Below, one piece after another: positions 32,042 to 46,917 of a stretch of 59,319 bases of DNA. Location: positions 1 to 59,319 of the forward strand of contig VBMI01000095.1 of assembly GCA_005878955.1 (NCBI GenBank), read 5' to 3'. The first letter of the stretch is position 1. Each line of letters starts with the position of its first letter. The stretch comes from Methanobacteriota archaeon. Its GTDB lineage: Archaea > Thermoplasmatota > Thermoplasmata > RBG-16-68-12. A model generated the notes under the pieces. The model did not search any database. It saw nothing but the letters and a program-made list of their open reading frames with translations, and was not told where the DNA came from. Made by a program: the position numbers and the translations under genes.

Positions 32042-35000
32042 ATGCGGGAACTCGTTGAGGCGTTCTTCCGGGAGCGGTCGATCGTGAACCACCACATCGC
32101 GTCGTTCAACGACTTCCTGCCCACGATCGACAACCCGAGCTCCCGGATGCAGAAGATCGTCGACAGCATGCGGTCCTCCCCCGAGGACGACCGGCGCGGG
32201 ATCTTCAAGCTCGACGAGGACCGAACGGAGGGGGATATCATCGAGATCCGGATCGGTCGCCGTCGCGACGATCGGGGCCGCACGGACCTCGACGCGAAGC
32301 CCACGATCTCCGTCGGCACCCCCATCGTGAAGGAGGCGAACGGGGCGACGCACGCCCTCACGCCGATGGAGGCCCGGCTGCGGAACCTCAACTACACCGC
32401 CCCGATCTACCTGGACTTCACCGTCGTCGAGAACGGCATCGAGCGGGAGCCCGAGCGGGTCCACATCGGGAACCTCCCGATCATGACGAAGTCGAAGAAG
32501 TGCTCCCTCCACAAGGAGAACCTCGAGATCGAGGGCGAGCTCACGGAGTCCGAGTACCGCCAGAAGCTCATCGAGATGGGGGAGGACCCGTACGACGCGG
32601 GCGGCTACTTCATCATCGGGGGCACGGAGCGGTCCCTGATCTCCCTCGAGGACCTCGCGCCGAACCGGGTGCTCGTGGAGTACAACGAGCGGTACGGCCG
32701 GCGGGTCCCCGTCGCGAAGGTGTTCTCCCAGCGCGAGGGGTACCGCGCCCTCACCCTCGTCGAGATGAAGAAGGACGGGATGCTCATCGTCACGGTCCCG
32801 ACCGCCTCGGGCCAGATCCCGCTGATCATCCTCATGAAGGCCCTCGGGATGGAGAAGGACGAGGAGATCTACAACGCGATCGTCTCCGTCCCCGAAATGG
32901 CGAACATCGTCTACGCGAACATCGAGGAGTGCCAGAACAAGAAGCTGTACCCGCCGAACGGCATCTTCAGCCGCGAGGACGCGGTGAACTACCTCGAGAA
33001 GAAGTTCGCGACGGGCCAGGCGAAGGAGTACCGGACGAAGAAGGTCGAGTCGATCCTGGACCGCTCCCTCCTCCCGCACCTCGGCGACACCCGCGAGGAC
33101 CGGATCAAGAAGGCGGTCTTCCTCGGGCGGGTCGCGCGCTCCGTCCTCGAGCTGCATCTCGGAAAACGGCGGGAGGACGACAAGGACCACTACGCGAACA
33201 AACGGCTCAAGCTCGCGGGGGACCTCATGGAGGACCTCTTCCGGGTCGCGTTCGCGAACCTCGTGAAGGACTTGAAGTACCAGCTCGAGCGGTCGTACGC
33301 GCGGCGGAAGGAGATCAAGATCAACTCCGCGATCCGGCCCGACCTGTTGAGCCAGCGACTCCTCCACGCCCTCGCGACCGGAAACTGGGTCGGCGGCCGG
33401 GCGGGCGTGAGCCAGCTCCTCGACCGGACCTCGAACATGTCCGCGCTCTCCCATCTGCGGCGAGTGACCTCCCCGCTCACGCGCTCGCAGCCGCACTTCG
33501 AAGCCCGCGACCTCCATCCGACGCAGTGGGGGCGGCTGTGTCCGAACGAGACGCCGGAGGGCCAGAACTGCGGGCTCGTGAAGAACCTGGCCCTCGTGAT
33601 CGACGTCTCCGAGGGCTTCCCCGAGGAGGAGGTCAAGCTCCTGCTCGCGGACCTCGGCACCCGCCAGGTGAAGGGGCAGACCGCGGCGACGCGGGTCTAC
33701 GTGAACGGGGACCTCGTGGGCCTCCACGAGGACCCCGCGGGGCTCATCTCGGAGATCCGCGAGCGACGGCGGTCCGGGCTCCTGAGCCCGGAAGTGAACG
33801 TCCACTTCGACGAGAACATGTACGAGGTCCTCATCAATTGCGACGAGGGCCGGATCCGGCGCCCGCTGCTCGTCGTGAAGGGCGGCCGCCTCGTCCTCAC
33901 CCGGAAACACCTGGAGGACCTGAAGATCGGCAAGTGGCGGTTCAGCGACCTCATCCGCAACGGGGTCGTCGAGTGGATCGATGCAGAGGAGGAGGAGGAC
34001 GCGTACATCGCCCTCTACCCGTTCGAGGTCCCTGCCCGGTGCAAGGAGTGCAAGGAGCCGATCAGCCGGAGCGACGTGGAGTGGGCGAACCTCGGCGCGA
34101 CGACGGACGCCCTGGACCTCCTGTGCAAGCGATGCGGCAAGACGTTCTCCGTGAAATCCTCCCTGACGGCGGACCACACGCACTGCGAGGTGGACCCGCT
34201 CGTCATCCTCGGCGTCGCGAGCGGCCTCGTCCCATACCCGGAGCACAACTCGTCCCCGCGGGTCACGATGGGCGCGGGGATGGCGAAGCAGTCCCTCGGG
34301 CTCGCGGCGAGCAACTACCGGACCCGCCCCGACACGCGGAGCCACCTCCTCCATTACCCGCAGAAGCCGACGGTCCAGACGGAATCGATGAAGTACCTCT
34401 CCTTCAACGAGCGGCCCGCGGGCCAGAACTTCGTCGTCGCGGTGATGTCGTACCACGGGTACAACATGGAGGACGCGATCGTGATGAACAGCGCCTCGAT
34501 CGACCGCGGCCTCGGGCGGTCCACGTTCATGCGGACGTACCGCGCGGAGGAGCGCCGCTACCCGGGCGGGCAGGAGGACCACTTCGAGATCCCCTCGCCG
34601 GACGTCCGCGGAGCGCGGGCGGACCTCAGCTACGCGAACCTCACCCCGGACGACGGGCTGATCTCTCCGGAGGTCCTCGTCCTCGGGGGCGAGGTGCTGA
34701 TCGGGAAGACGAGCCCGCCCCGGTTCCTTGAGGAGGAGACGGACTTCCTGACCCCGCAGAAGCGGCGGGAGACCTCGATCACCGTCCGCCACGGGGAGTC
34801 CGGCTGGGTGGACTCCGTCATGCTCACGGAGAGCGAGAACGGCTCCAAGCTCGCGAAGGTCAAGGTCCGCGACCTCCGGACGCCGGAGCTCGGGGACAAG
34901 TTCGCCTCCCGCCACGGCCAGAAGGGCGTGATCGGTCTCATCGCCCCGCAGGAGGACCTGCCGTTCACCCCGGACGGGATCATCCCGGACCTGATCATCA

Positions 35001-35628
35001 ACCCGCACGCCATCCCGTCGCGGATGACCGTCGCGCATGTGCTCGAGCAGATCGGCGGGAAGGTCGGCGCGATGGAGGGCCGGTTCATCGACGGGACGCC
35101 GTTCAGCGGCGAGCGGGAGGAGAGCCTGCGCGCGGCCCTCGAGGCGAACGGGTTCAAGACGAACGGCAAGGAGGTCCTGTACGACGGGACGACGGGCCGC
35201 ATGATCCCCGCGGAGATCTTCGTCGGGGTCATCTACTACCAGAAGCTCCACCACATGGTCTCCGGGAAGCTCCACGTCCGCTCGCGAGGGCCCGTGCAGA
35301 TCCTCACCCGCCAGCCCACGGAGGGGCGCTCCCGCCAGGGCGGGCTCCGGTTCGGGGAGATGGAGCGGGACTGCCTGATCGGCCACGGCGCCGCCATGGT
35401 GATCAAGGACCGGCTGCTGGACGAGTCGGACGGGACGATCCAGTACGTCTGCGGGAACACGGAGTGCGGCCACTTCGCGATCAAGGACCGGAAGGGGATG
35501 CTCCGCTGCCCCGTCTGCGAGAACACGTCGAACATCTACCCGGTGCAGACGTCCTATGCGTTCAAGCTGCTCCTCGACGAGATGCTGTCGCTCGGCGTGG
35601 CCATGCGACTCCAGCTGGAGGACCTTCG

Positions 35629-35632
<4 letters not shown>
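32042..35632 (+). CDS. rpoB: DNA-directed RNA polymerase subunit B (Rpo2), unsplit
   Basis: 1196-aa ORF with all conserved B-subunit blocks, including [23 protein letters not shown] and the C-terminal Zn motif CGNTECGH...CPVCEN. Confidence 0.97.
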
Positions 35633-40186
<4,554 letters not shown>

Positions 40187-40195
40187 GGTCCCGGC

Positions 40196-40621
40196 ATGGC
40201 CGAAGTCACGTTCACGGGCGACACCCTTCGATACGCGTCCCTCTTCCAGGACGTCACGCGGACGACGGTCGTCGATTGCCTGGACACCGAGGACCGGATT
40301 GTCTACGTCGTGCAGAAGGGGGACATCGGGCGCGCGATCGGGAAGAAGGGGGAGAACGTCGCGAAGCTCCGCCGCCTCATGAACCGGGACATCCTCGTCG
40401 TGGAGTACTCGGAGGACCCCGGGTCGTTCATCGCGAACGTGTTCCGGAACTACAAGGTGAAGAAGGTCGAGATCGAGCAGCGGGGGGACGTGACACACGC
40501 GACGGTCACCGTGGACGCCTCCATGAAGGGGAAGGCGATCGGGCGCGAGGGGAAGAACCTCCGGATCGCCCGGGACCTGATCGCGCGTCACTTCGCGATC
40601 CAGAGCGTCAGCGTCGCGTGA
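40196..40621 (+). CDS. nusA: Archaeal NusA-like transcription termination/antitermination protein (two KH domains)
   Basis: GRAIGKKGENVAKLRRL and GKAIGREGKNLRIARDL are two GxxG KH motifs. It occupies the conserved position after eL30. Confidence 0.9.
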   Translation: MAEVTFTGDTLRYASLFQDVTRTTVVDCLDTEDRIVYVVQKGDIGRAIGKKGENVAKLRRLMNRDILVVEYSEDPGSFIANVFRNYKVKKVEIEQRGDVTHATVTVDASMKGKAIGREGKNLRIARDLIARHFAIQSVSVA

Positions 40622-40740
40622 TGCCCACCGCGTGCAAGCGAAGTCTTACATAGGCCCCCCGTCTCGACAGCGGCCATAGACCCCTCCGCGGCGCACCGCG
40701 GGACGGGACCGAGGCGGTTCGGATACAGTACAAATGGACC

Positions 40741-42130
40741 GTGCTGACCGTCACGACGATCGGCGTCCTCATGGCGGGGATCGACAGCCGGATCGTGATC
40801 GTCGGCCTCCCGCAGGTCGCGGCGAACATCGGTGCGGACGCGGAGCAGGCGATCTGGATCACCCAGGCGTACGTCCTCGGGAGCACGGTCGCGCTCCTCC
40901 TGATTGGCCGGGTCTCCGACATCGTGGGTCGCGTGAAGATCTACACCGCCGGTTTCTCGGTCTTCACGGTGGGCTCGCTCCTCACGAGCCTGGCGGTGAA
41001 CCCGATGATGTTGATCGCGTTCCGGGGCCTCCAGGGCTTGGGTTCCGGGATGATGTTTACGAACAGTGCGGCAATCGTCACGGACGCGTTCCCGGACAAC
41101 GAGCTCGGCCTCGCGATCGGCGTCAATCAGGTCGCGTTTCGTGCGGGGGCGATGACCGGGCTCACGGTGAGCGGCCTCATCCTCACGTTCCTCGACTGGC
41201 GCGCTCTGTTCTACGTGAACGTCCCTATCGGGATTGCGGGGACCCTCTGGGCGCACCGGCGGCTGCGTGAGCTCGCGAAACTCGAGAAGGGCGCCCCAAT
41301 CGATTGGCTAGGGTTCGTCACGTTCACGACGTGCATCGGGAGCTTCCTCCTCGCGCTCACGAGCGCGGCGTACGGGACCGCGGAGATGACGACGGTCGTC
41401 GTGCTCCTCACGGTCTCGGCGGTCGCCCTCGTCCTGTTCTCCGCCGTGTTCATCCTGCTTCCCGCCCTGCTCACCAAGTCGGCCGGTCATCTGGTCAGCT
41501 CGGGGCTGGCCTTCAACCTGGCCGAGGGAGCGCTGCGGCTGGCCATGTTCCTCGGCTACATCGTCGCCATCGGTGATCATCCCCCTCGATATCGCCTCCG
41601 TCTTCCTCGGCCCGATCAGCGGGAAGCTCTCCGACCGGTACGGGCACCTCCCGTTCACGACGGGGGGCCTTGCCCTCACCTCGTTGGCCCTGTTCCTCCT
41701 CGCGACGACGGATTATTACACGCCGTACCCATACCTCCTTGTCTACCTCGTGCTCCTAGGGGCAGGGCTCGGCGTCTTCGCGTCGCCGAACATGAGCTCG
41801 ATCATGGGCTCCGTCCCGCCCGAGCGGCGGGGCGTCGCGTCCGGGTTCCGGGCCACGCTCTTCAACGTCGGTTTCACGATCAGCCTGAACCTCGCGATCC
41901 TCGTGACGACGTTCACGGTACCGTACGCGCTCGTGACCCAGATGATCGCCTCCCCGAACCCCGTCGCGATCTCGGTGCCGGAGCGCATCCAGTTCGCGCG
42001 CGGTCTCCAGCTCACGTACCTCGCGATGGGGGCCCTCAACACGCTGGCGATCGTCCCCTCGATGCTCCGCGGGCGGCGGGTGCGGGCGAACAGCGTCGCC
42101 GCGCCGGAGCCTGCGGCGCTGATGAAGTGA
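40741..42130 (+). pseudogene. MFS transporter (DHA2/EmrB-like, 14-TM type) disrupted mid-gene by a frameshift and a replaced segment
   Basis: The N-terminal half sits in frame 40741 (GIDSRIVIVGLPQVA..., LIGRVSDIVGRVKIY, FRGLQGLGSGMMF). The C-terminal half sits in frame 41573 (PLDIASVFLGPISGKLSDRYG...). The roughly 60 aa that normally link them are replaced by about 42 unrelated codons. Confidence 0.7.
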
Positions 42131-42235
42131 GCGACGGGCTCCTCGGCCCACGGTCCGGGCCTCCCCGCGGAACCTTTAACCCGGCCCCATGGAATCGGTG
42201 ACCGTGTCCCGCTCCCAAAGCGGGCGCCGCAATCA

Positions 42236-44245
42236 GTGTACGGAGGCGTGCGGATTCCCCTCACCGACGCGTTCCAGGGATGGGAGCTCGTCCACTTCGC
42301 GAGCAAGGCGAAACGGTACGGCGTCCTCGACAACGACGGACGGCTCGCGTTGTACGAGGCGGGGCGTCTGCGCATGCGGGGGGAGGTCCTCGACGCGCCG
42401 TCCGCGGAACGGGTCGAATCCCTACTCGCAGCCCTGATCGGGGCGGGCCTGGGAGAGGCGGAATGCGACCGCGGGGATTGCGCGGCGTGCGGACGCCTCT
42501 CCGTGTTGCGACCCGAGGTGCCGGTCCCCGCGGCGCCGCCCCCTCCGTCCGCGCCCGAGGTCGCCCCCGGGCCCGGGGGACCCGGACCGGAGGCCCTCGC
42601 GTCCTTCGCGTACCAACCCACCGTGATCCCGGAGCTCGCGTTCCCGCCGCACAACGCGGAGGTGCTCGCGAAGATCCAGGACGGGGTCGTCGACGACCCC
42701 CGCGACTGGGTCCTCCACTACCAGGCGCGCCTCCTCGGGCTCCAGTCGGGTTTCGACCGGCTCCTCTGCCTCCCGCTCGTCCGGGGCGTCCGCCGCTACG
42801 AGTACCAGGAGACGACGGCGCTGAGGGTCCTGCGGGAGATGCGCGGGCCGGCGTCCCTCGTGACCCAGTGGCGGGAGGAGCTGGACGTGAAGTTCGGCCT
42901 GAGGTTCGAGATCATGGACGAGTTCGAGGACTGGGCCCGCCACGACCTCGTGATCTCGTCGATCGACACCGCGAAGCGGGACGTCCACAAGGACGAGATC
43001 CAGCGCCTCTCGTACGACGTCGTAATCGTGGACGAGGCGCACAAGCTGAAGAACCGGGCCACGAAGAACTGGAGGCTCGTCGCCTCGATCCGGAAGCGGT
43101 ACATGCTCCTCCTCACGGCCACGCCGGTCCAGAACGAGCTCGAGGAGCTGTTCAACCTCGTGACTCTCCTGAGGCCGGGCCAGCTCAGCTCGTACGGGGG
43201 GTTCCGGAGCCGGTTCGTCCGGCGGGGGGACCGCCGGACCCCCACGAACCCCGCAGAGCTGCGGGGGCTCCTGCGGGAGGTAATGGTCCGGAACCGTCGG
43301 AGCACGGTCCTCGTCCTCCCGCCGCGCCGCGTGTTCTCCGCGGAGATCACGCTCTCTCGGCCCGAGCGGAAACTGTACGAGGACGTCACCGAGTTCGTGC
43401 GGGACCGATATCCCGCGTTCGGCCGGACGCCCGGGAGCGTGAACCGGCTCGCACTCGTCGTCCTCCAGAAGGAGATGGGGAGCAGCACGTTCGCGGCGGC
43501 GGAGACGCTCCGCAAGATGAAGGAGAGCCCGAACTTCTCGTACGAGGACCGGCTCGCCCTCGCGGAGCTGTACGCCCGCGCCGCGGAGGTCCGGGAGAAC
43601 GAGAAGGCGCGTCGACTGCGGGAGCTCCTCGCGAAGGTCGACGACAAGGCGATCGTCTTCACCCAGTACCTCCGGACCCTCCAGTACCTGGGGCCTCTGC
43701 TGGAGGCGGACGGCCTTGCGGTCTCCGTGTTCCACGGGGGGTTGTCCCCGGGCGGGAAGGACGATGCCGTGCGCTCCTTCCGCGAGCGGAGCCGCGTCTT
43801 CCTGAGCACGGAGGCGGGAGGGGAGGGGCGCAACCTTCAGTTCGCCAACACCGTGATCAACTTCGACCTCCCGTGGAACCCGCTGAAGATCGAGCAGCGG
43901 ATCGGGCGGGTCCACCGCCTCGGGCAGACCCGCGAGGTCCACATCGTGAACCTCTGGGCGCGGGACACGATCGAAGAGTACGTGATCGCCCTCCTCGACA
44001 AGAAGATCAACATGTTCCAGCTCGTGATCGGGGAACTGGACCTCGTCCTCGGCCGCACGGACGACGCGAAACCCTTCGAGGAGGTCCTGATGGACATCTG
44101 GACCCTGAAGGACCTCGCGCGGCGGAAGGAGGAGCTCGAGCAGTACGGCGAGCGCCTCCTCGCCGCGAAGCAGAAGTACGAGTCGACGAAGTCGTACGAC
44201 GAGGCGCTGTTCGGCGGCGACCTTGCCGCAGGGGGCGCGCCGTGA
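42236..44245 (+). CDS. SNF2/Rad54-family helicase-like protein that lacks the Walker A (motif I) segment
   Basis: Present motifs are PASLVTQWREEL (Ia), VVIVDEAHKLKN (II), LLLTATPVQNELEELF (III), STEAGGEGRNLQ (V) and DLPWNPLKIEQRIGRVHRLGQ (VI). No GxGKT occurs anywhere in the ORF or in the other two frames of this stretch. The start codon is GTG. Confidence 0.85.
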   Translation: MYGGVRIPLTDAFQGWELVHFASKAKRYGVLDNDGRLALYEAGRLRMRGEVLDAPSAERVESLLAALIGAGLGEAECDRGDCAACGRLSVLRPEVPVPAAPPPPSAPEVAPGPGGPGPEALASFAYQPTVIPELAFPPHNAEVLAKIQDGVVDDPRDWVLHYQARLLGLQSGFDRLLCLPLVRGVRRYEYQETTALRVLREMRGPASLVTQWREELDVKFGLRFEIMDEFEDWARHDLVISSIDTAKRDVHKDEIQRLSYDVVIVDEAHKLKNRATKNWRLVASIRKRYMLLLTATPVQNELEELFNLVTLLRPGQLSSYGGFRSRFVRRGDRRTPTNPAELRGLLREVMVRNRRSTVLVLPPRRVFSAEITLSRPERKLYEDVTEFVRDRYPAFGRTPGSVNRLALVVLQKEMGSSTFAAAETLRKMKESPNFSYEDRLALAELYARAAEVRENEKARRLRELLAKVDDKAIVFTQYLRTLQYLGPLLEADGLAVSVFHGGLSPGGKDDAVRSFRERSRVFLSTEAGGEGRNLQFANTVINFDLPWNPLKIEQRIGRVHRLGQTREVHIVNLWARDTIEEYVIALLDKKINMFQLVIGELDLVLGRTDDAKPFEEVLMDIWTLKDLARRKEELEQYGERLLAAKQKYESTKSYDEALFGGDLAAGGAP

Positions 44246-45717
44246 CCGACGGGGACGGGGTTGAGCCGTTCGTGCGGCGGTACTTCGAGCGGGAGGGTCA
44301 ACCAATCGAGGAGGAGGAGCCGGGCGTCTATCGCGCCCGCCTCCCGGAGTCCCTGCGCCCCGCGTTCGGCGGCGCGGAGTCGATCCGCATCGCCTTCGAC
44401 CCGGCCACCGCGGCCGCTGCCGGTCAGGTCGACCTGGCCGCGGTCGGGAGCTTCCTCCTCGATCGCCTCGTCGAGGACGCGACCCGGGCGGGCTGGCACA
44501 CGGTCGCGCGGGTAGAGGCGGGACCGGAAACCGCTGAGCAGGTCGTCGGGCGCGGCCTCCGGCCCAAGAACGCGACCCTGTCCATCAGGGAACCGACGAC
44601 GGAATCCGTGGCCAACCTACTGTTCAACTTCCGCGTCCGGTTCATGACGGACGAGCGGATCGACCGCTTCGAGTCCATCCTCGTCGACACCCGCACCGGG
44701 AAGGAGCGGACGCCCGCCGCGTCCCTCTTCGACGAGCGGGCGTCCCTCCCGGAGGATATCGGGTTCGACTGGCGGGGAATCGCGCAGGCGTACCGGGCCG
44801 CCTGCACGGCCCTCGAGGGCCGCCTGGCCCCGGCCGCGAAGGCCTTCCGCGAACAGGCGGAGTCTCTCCGGAAGGGGGAGGTGGATCGCATCGCGGCGTA
44901 CTTCGAGCGCTCAATCCAGGAGGTCCTCGATTCGAAGGTCGGCGACGGAGGGAGCGAGGTCCGCGCCCTGCAACTCGACCGCGAACGACGCCTCGCCGAG
45001 GCGGAGGAGAAGCATCGGTTCGTCGGCGAGGCGGAACTCTGCAACGTGCGGACCGTCCTGCTGGACGTGACGCGGGCGGACGTGACCCTCTCGCATCGCG
45101 GGGCGGCGAAGACCATCCGGGTCGAGTTCGACGCCGCGTCGCGGGAGGTCCCGAGCCTCGCGTGCGAAGCGTGCGGGCGGACCGTCGCCGAGCCCGTGCT
45201 GTGCTTCGGCGGGCATGTCGCGGGGCCCGAGTGCGTCCACGGCTGCGAATTCTGCGATCGGGTCCACTGCGGGCGGTGCGGGCCCTCCGAGGGGCGGATC
45301 GCGGCCTGCTCGACGTGCCGCCGCGGGACGTGTCCGGACCATCTCGAGGTGTGTGCGCTGAGCCGGCGTCCCTACTGTCCGGACCACATCCACGCCTGCG
45401 CGATCTGCGGCCGGACCGTTGGGCCCGAGTACGTCGCGCGGTGCGAATCGTGTGAACAGCGCTACTGCGTCGTGTGCGTCGCCCCGCCCTCGGAGCGGTG
45501 CGCGACGTGCCGCGGACTCGTCCCCGCGGAGGCCGGGGACGCCACAATCGCTGCCCTCCGGAGAGGGGACCCCACGCTCTCGAGGATGACGAAGTGGAAG
45601 CGCGGGGCGAACCCGCGGTATACCGTGCTCCTCGCGAAGGGTCTCGTGTGGAACTCCCTGCTCGTCGTCGATGCGAAGGGCGCGGTGCTCGTCCGGAAGA
45701 AGGTGCTGGGGAGCTAA
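44242..45717 (+). CDS. Cys-rich protein translationally coupled to the SNF2-like gene; function unknown
   Basis: The GTG start overlaps the SNF2 stop (GTGA). About 300 aa have no motif I recognise. They are followed by about 21 Cys in about 125 aa arranged as CxxC pairs (CEACG...CEFCDRVHCGRCG...CSTCRRGTCPDH...CAICG...CESCEQRYCVVCV...CATCRG). Confidence 0.7.
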   Translation: MTDGDGVEPFVRRYFEREGQPIEEEEPGVYRARLPESLRPAFGGAESIRIAFDPATAAAAGQVDLAAVGSFLLDRLVEDATRAGWHTVARVEAGPETAEQVVGRGLRPKNATLSIREPTTESVANLLFNFRVRFMTDERIDRFESILVDTRTGKERTPAASLFDERASLPEDIGFDWRGIAQAYRAACTALEGRLAPAAKAFREQAESLRKGEVDRIAAYFERSIQEVLDSKVGDGGSEVRALQLDRERRLAEAEEKHRFVGEAELCNVRTVLLDVTRADVTLSHRGAAKTIRVEFDAASREVPSLACEACGRTVAEPVLCFGGHVAGPECVHGCEFCDRVHCGRCGPSEGRIAACSTCRRGTCPDHLEVCALSRRPYCPDHIHACAICGRTVGPEYVARCESCEQRYCVVCVAPPSERCATCRGLVPAEAGDATIAALRRGDPTLSRMTKWKRGANPRYTVLLAKGLVWNSLLVVDAKGAVLVRKKVLGS

Positions 45718-46883
45718 GGGAGCGGGGTGCGCTCAACCTCGAGGGCGTCCGCGGTGGGGTACTCCTCGACGATGAACGCGGCCCGCCCCAGCCGGGGCGC
45801 GACCGCCTCGAGAATCCACGGCGCGACCTCCAGCCGCCGCCGGGGCGCGTCGAGCCCCATGAGGTCCACCGGGACGCCGTGGGTCGTCGAGAGCTCCCGC
45901 ATGACGGCGTCCAGGCCGTCCCCCTCGATCACGCCCTTCACGAGGGTCCCGTCCTCCGTGACGACGTCCCAGGGCCGGGCGATGTTCTCCGCCCGCCGCC
46001 GGATGCGGGCCCGCAGCTGCCACGCGTCCTTGTACTGGCTCGTGCAGTAGTGGACAGGGATCCGCCCGGGATACGCGAGGATCTCAAGGGCCGCGTCGTC
46101 GGACCCTTGGACCCCATGGGATAGCTCGTGCTTGTTCTCGTACCCCTGGCGCCGCATGCGGGCGTAGTTCGCGTCCGAGAACTCGAGCTCATTCAGGTTC
46201 ACAAACGCGAGCCCCTCACTCTCCGCCCACTCGAGGAGCCTGAGCAGGTCCGCCCGCCGCTCCGGCAGCAGCGGCACCTCGAGCCCGACGGTGATCCCGA
46301 GGCCCCGGGCGAGCCGGGAAGCCGCCTCGTACGGCGACCCCGCCGCGCGCCGCCACAGCCCGGGCGGGATGTGGAACCGGAGCTCGTCGAGGCCCGCGTC
46401 CGCCAGCTTCCGGATCTTCTCGGGGTCCGCGGTCATCGTGTACAGGTGGGTGTGGAACCCGGGGCCGAACTCCTGCTTCAGGAGGCGGATGTAGTGGCAC
46501 GTGCGGTCCACGACGTCGAGTGGATCCCCACCCGTGATTCCAGCGCCCTTCGCCCGGATCGCGCGGGCCTCCTCTAGGACGTCCTCGTCCCGCTCTACCC
46601 TCTTCTCGTCCGCGAAGACGACGTCCCGGTACATCCTCTCGTCGGACACCGGGCAGTAGACGCAGTGGAACCCGCAGAGCCCCGTGACGAACAGGACCAT
46701 CTTCGCCCCCTCGCCGCACTGGCGGCAGCCCAGGGAAAGCGGGCCTCGGGCGAGGGACCCGCAGGGACGCTCCGCGACGCGCACGGGCCGCGACCATTGG
46801 AGGGGGGGAGATAAAGGTTCGGGGCGCCCGACGGGGATGCCGTGGGCAGCCCCGCGGAACACGCAAGGGGGCGCCCCAAACAT
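45714..46883 (-). CDS. Radical SAM protein (archaeal COG2108-like, related to PFL-activating enzymes)
   Basis: VTGLCGFHCVYCPVSD carries the CxxxCxxC cluster, followed by GAGITGGDPL. An ATG at 46883 sits just downstream of an AT-rich patch; an alternative ATG lies at 46925. Confidence 0.8.
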   Translation of the reverse strand: MFGAPPCVFRGAAHGIPVGRPEPLSPPLQWSRPVRVAERPCGSLARGPLSLGCRQCGEGAKMVLFVTGLCGFHCVYCPVSDERMYRDVVFADEKRVERDEDVLEEARAIRAKGAGITGGDPLDVVDRTCHYIRLLKQEFGPGFHTHLYTMTADPEKIRKLADAGLDELRFHIPPGLWRRAAGSPYEAASRLARGLGITVGLEVPLLPERRADLLRLLEWAESEGLAFVNLNELEFSDANYARMRRQGYENKHELSHGVQGSDDAALEILAYPGRIPVHYCTSQYKDAWQLRARIRRRAENIARPWDVVTEDGTLVKGVIEGDGLDAVMRELSTTHGVPVDLMGLDAPRRRLEVAPWILEAVAPRLGRAAFIVEEYPTADALEVERTPLP

Positions 46884-46917
46884 AAACCATAAATCCAAAT
46901 AGATAGGGGGGCCATTC

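Noticed and set aside
31814-35473. 1219-aa ORF on the minus strand opposite rpoB
   Set aside because: It is antisense to a highly conserved gene. The translation is Arg/Pro/Asp/Leu/Val-rich low-information sequence typical of the reverse frame of GC3-rich coding DNA.
42189-42437. 82-aa ATG-initiated ORF just upstream of, and overlapping, the SNF2-like gene
   Set aside because: The translation is Ser/Arg/Thr/Gly-rich with no structure-like pattern. It overlaps the better-supported SNF2 N-terminal domain frame.
42280-44241. First 654 codons of the 1145-aa ORF 42280-45717
   Set aside because: This is an alternate frame of the SNF2-like gene and reads as Arg/Pro/Gly junk. Only the part from the GTG at 44242 onward has protein-like composition and the Cys clusters.
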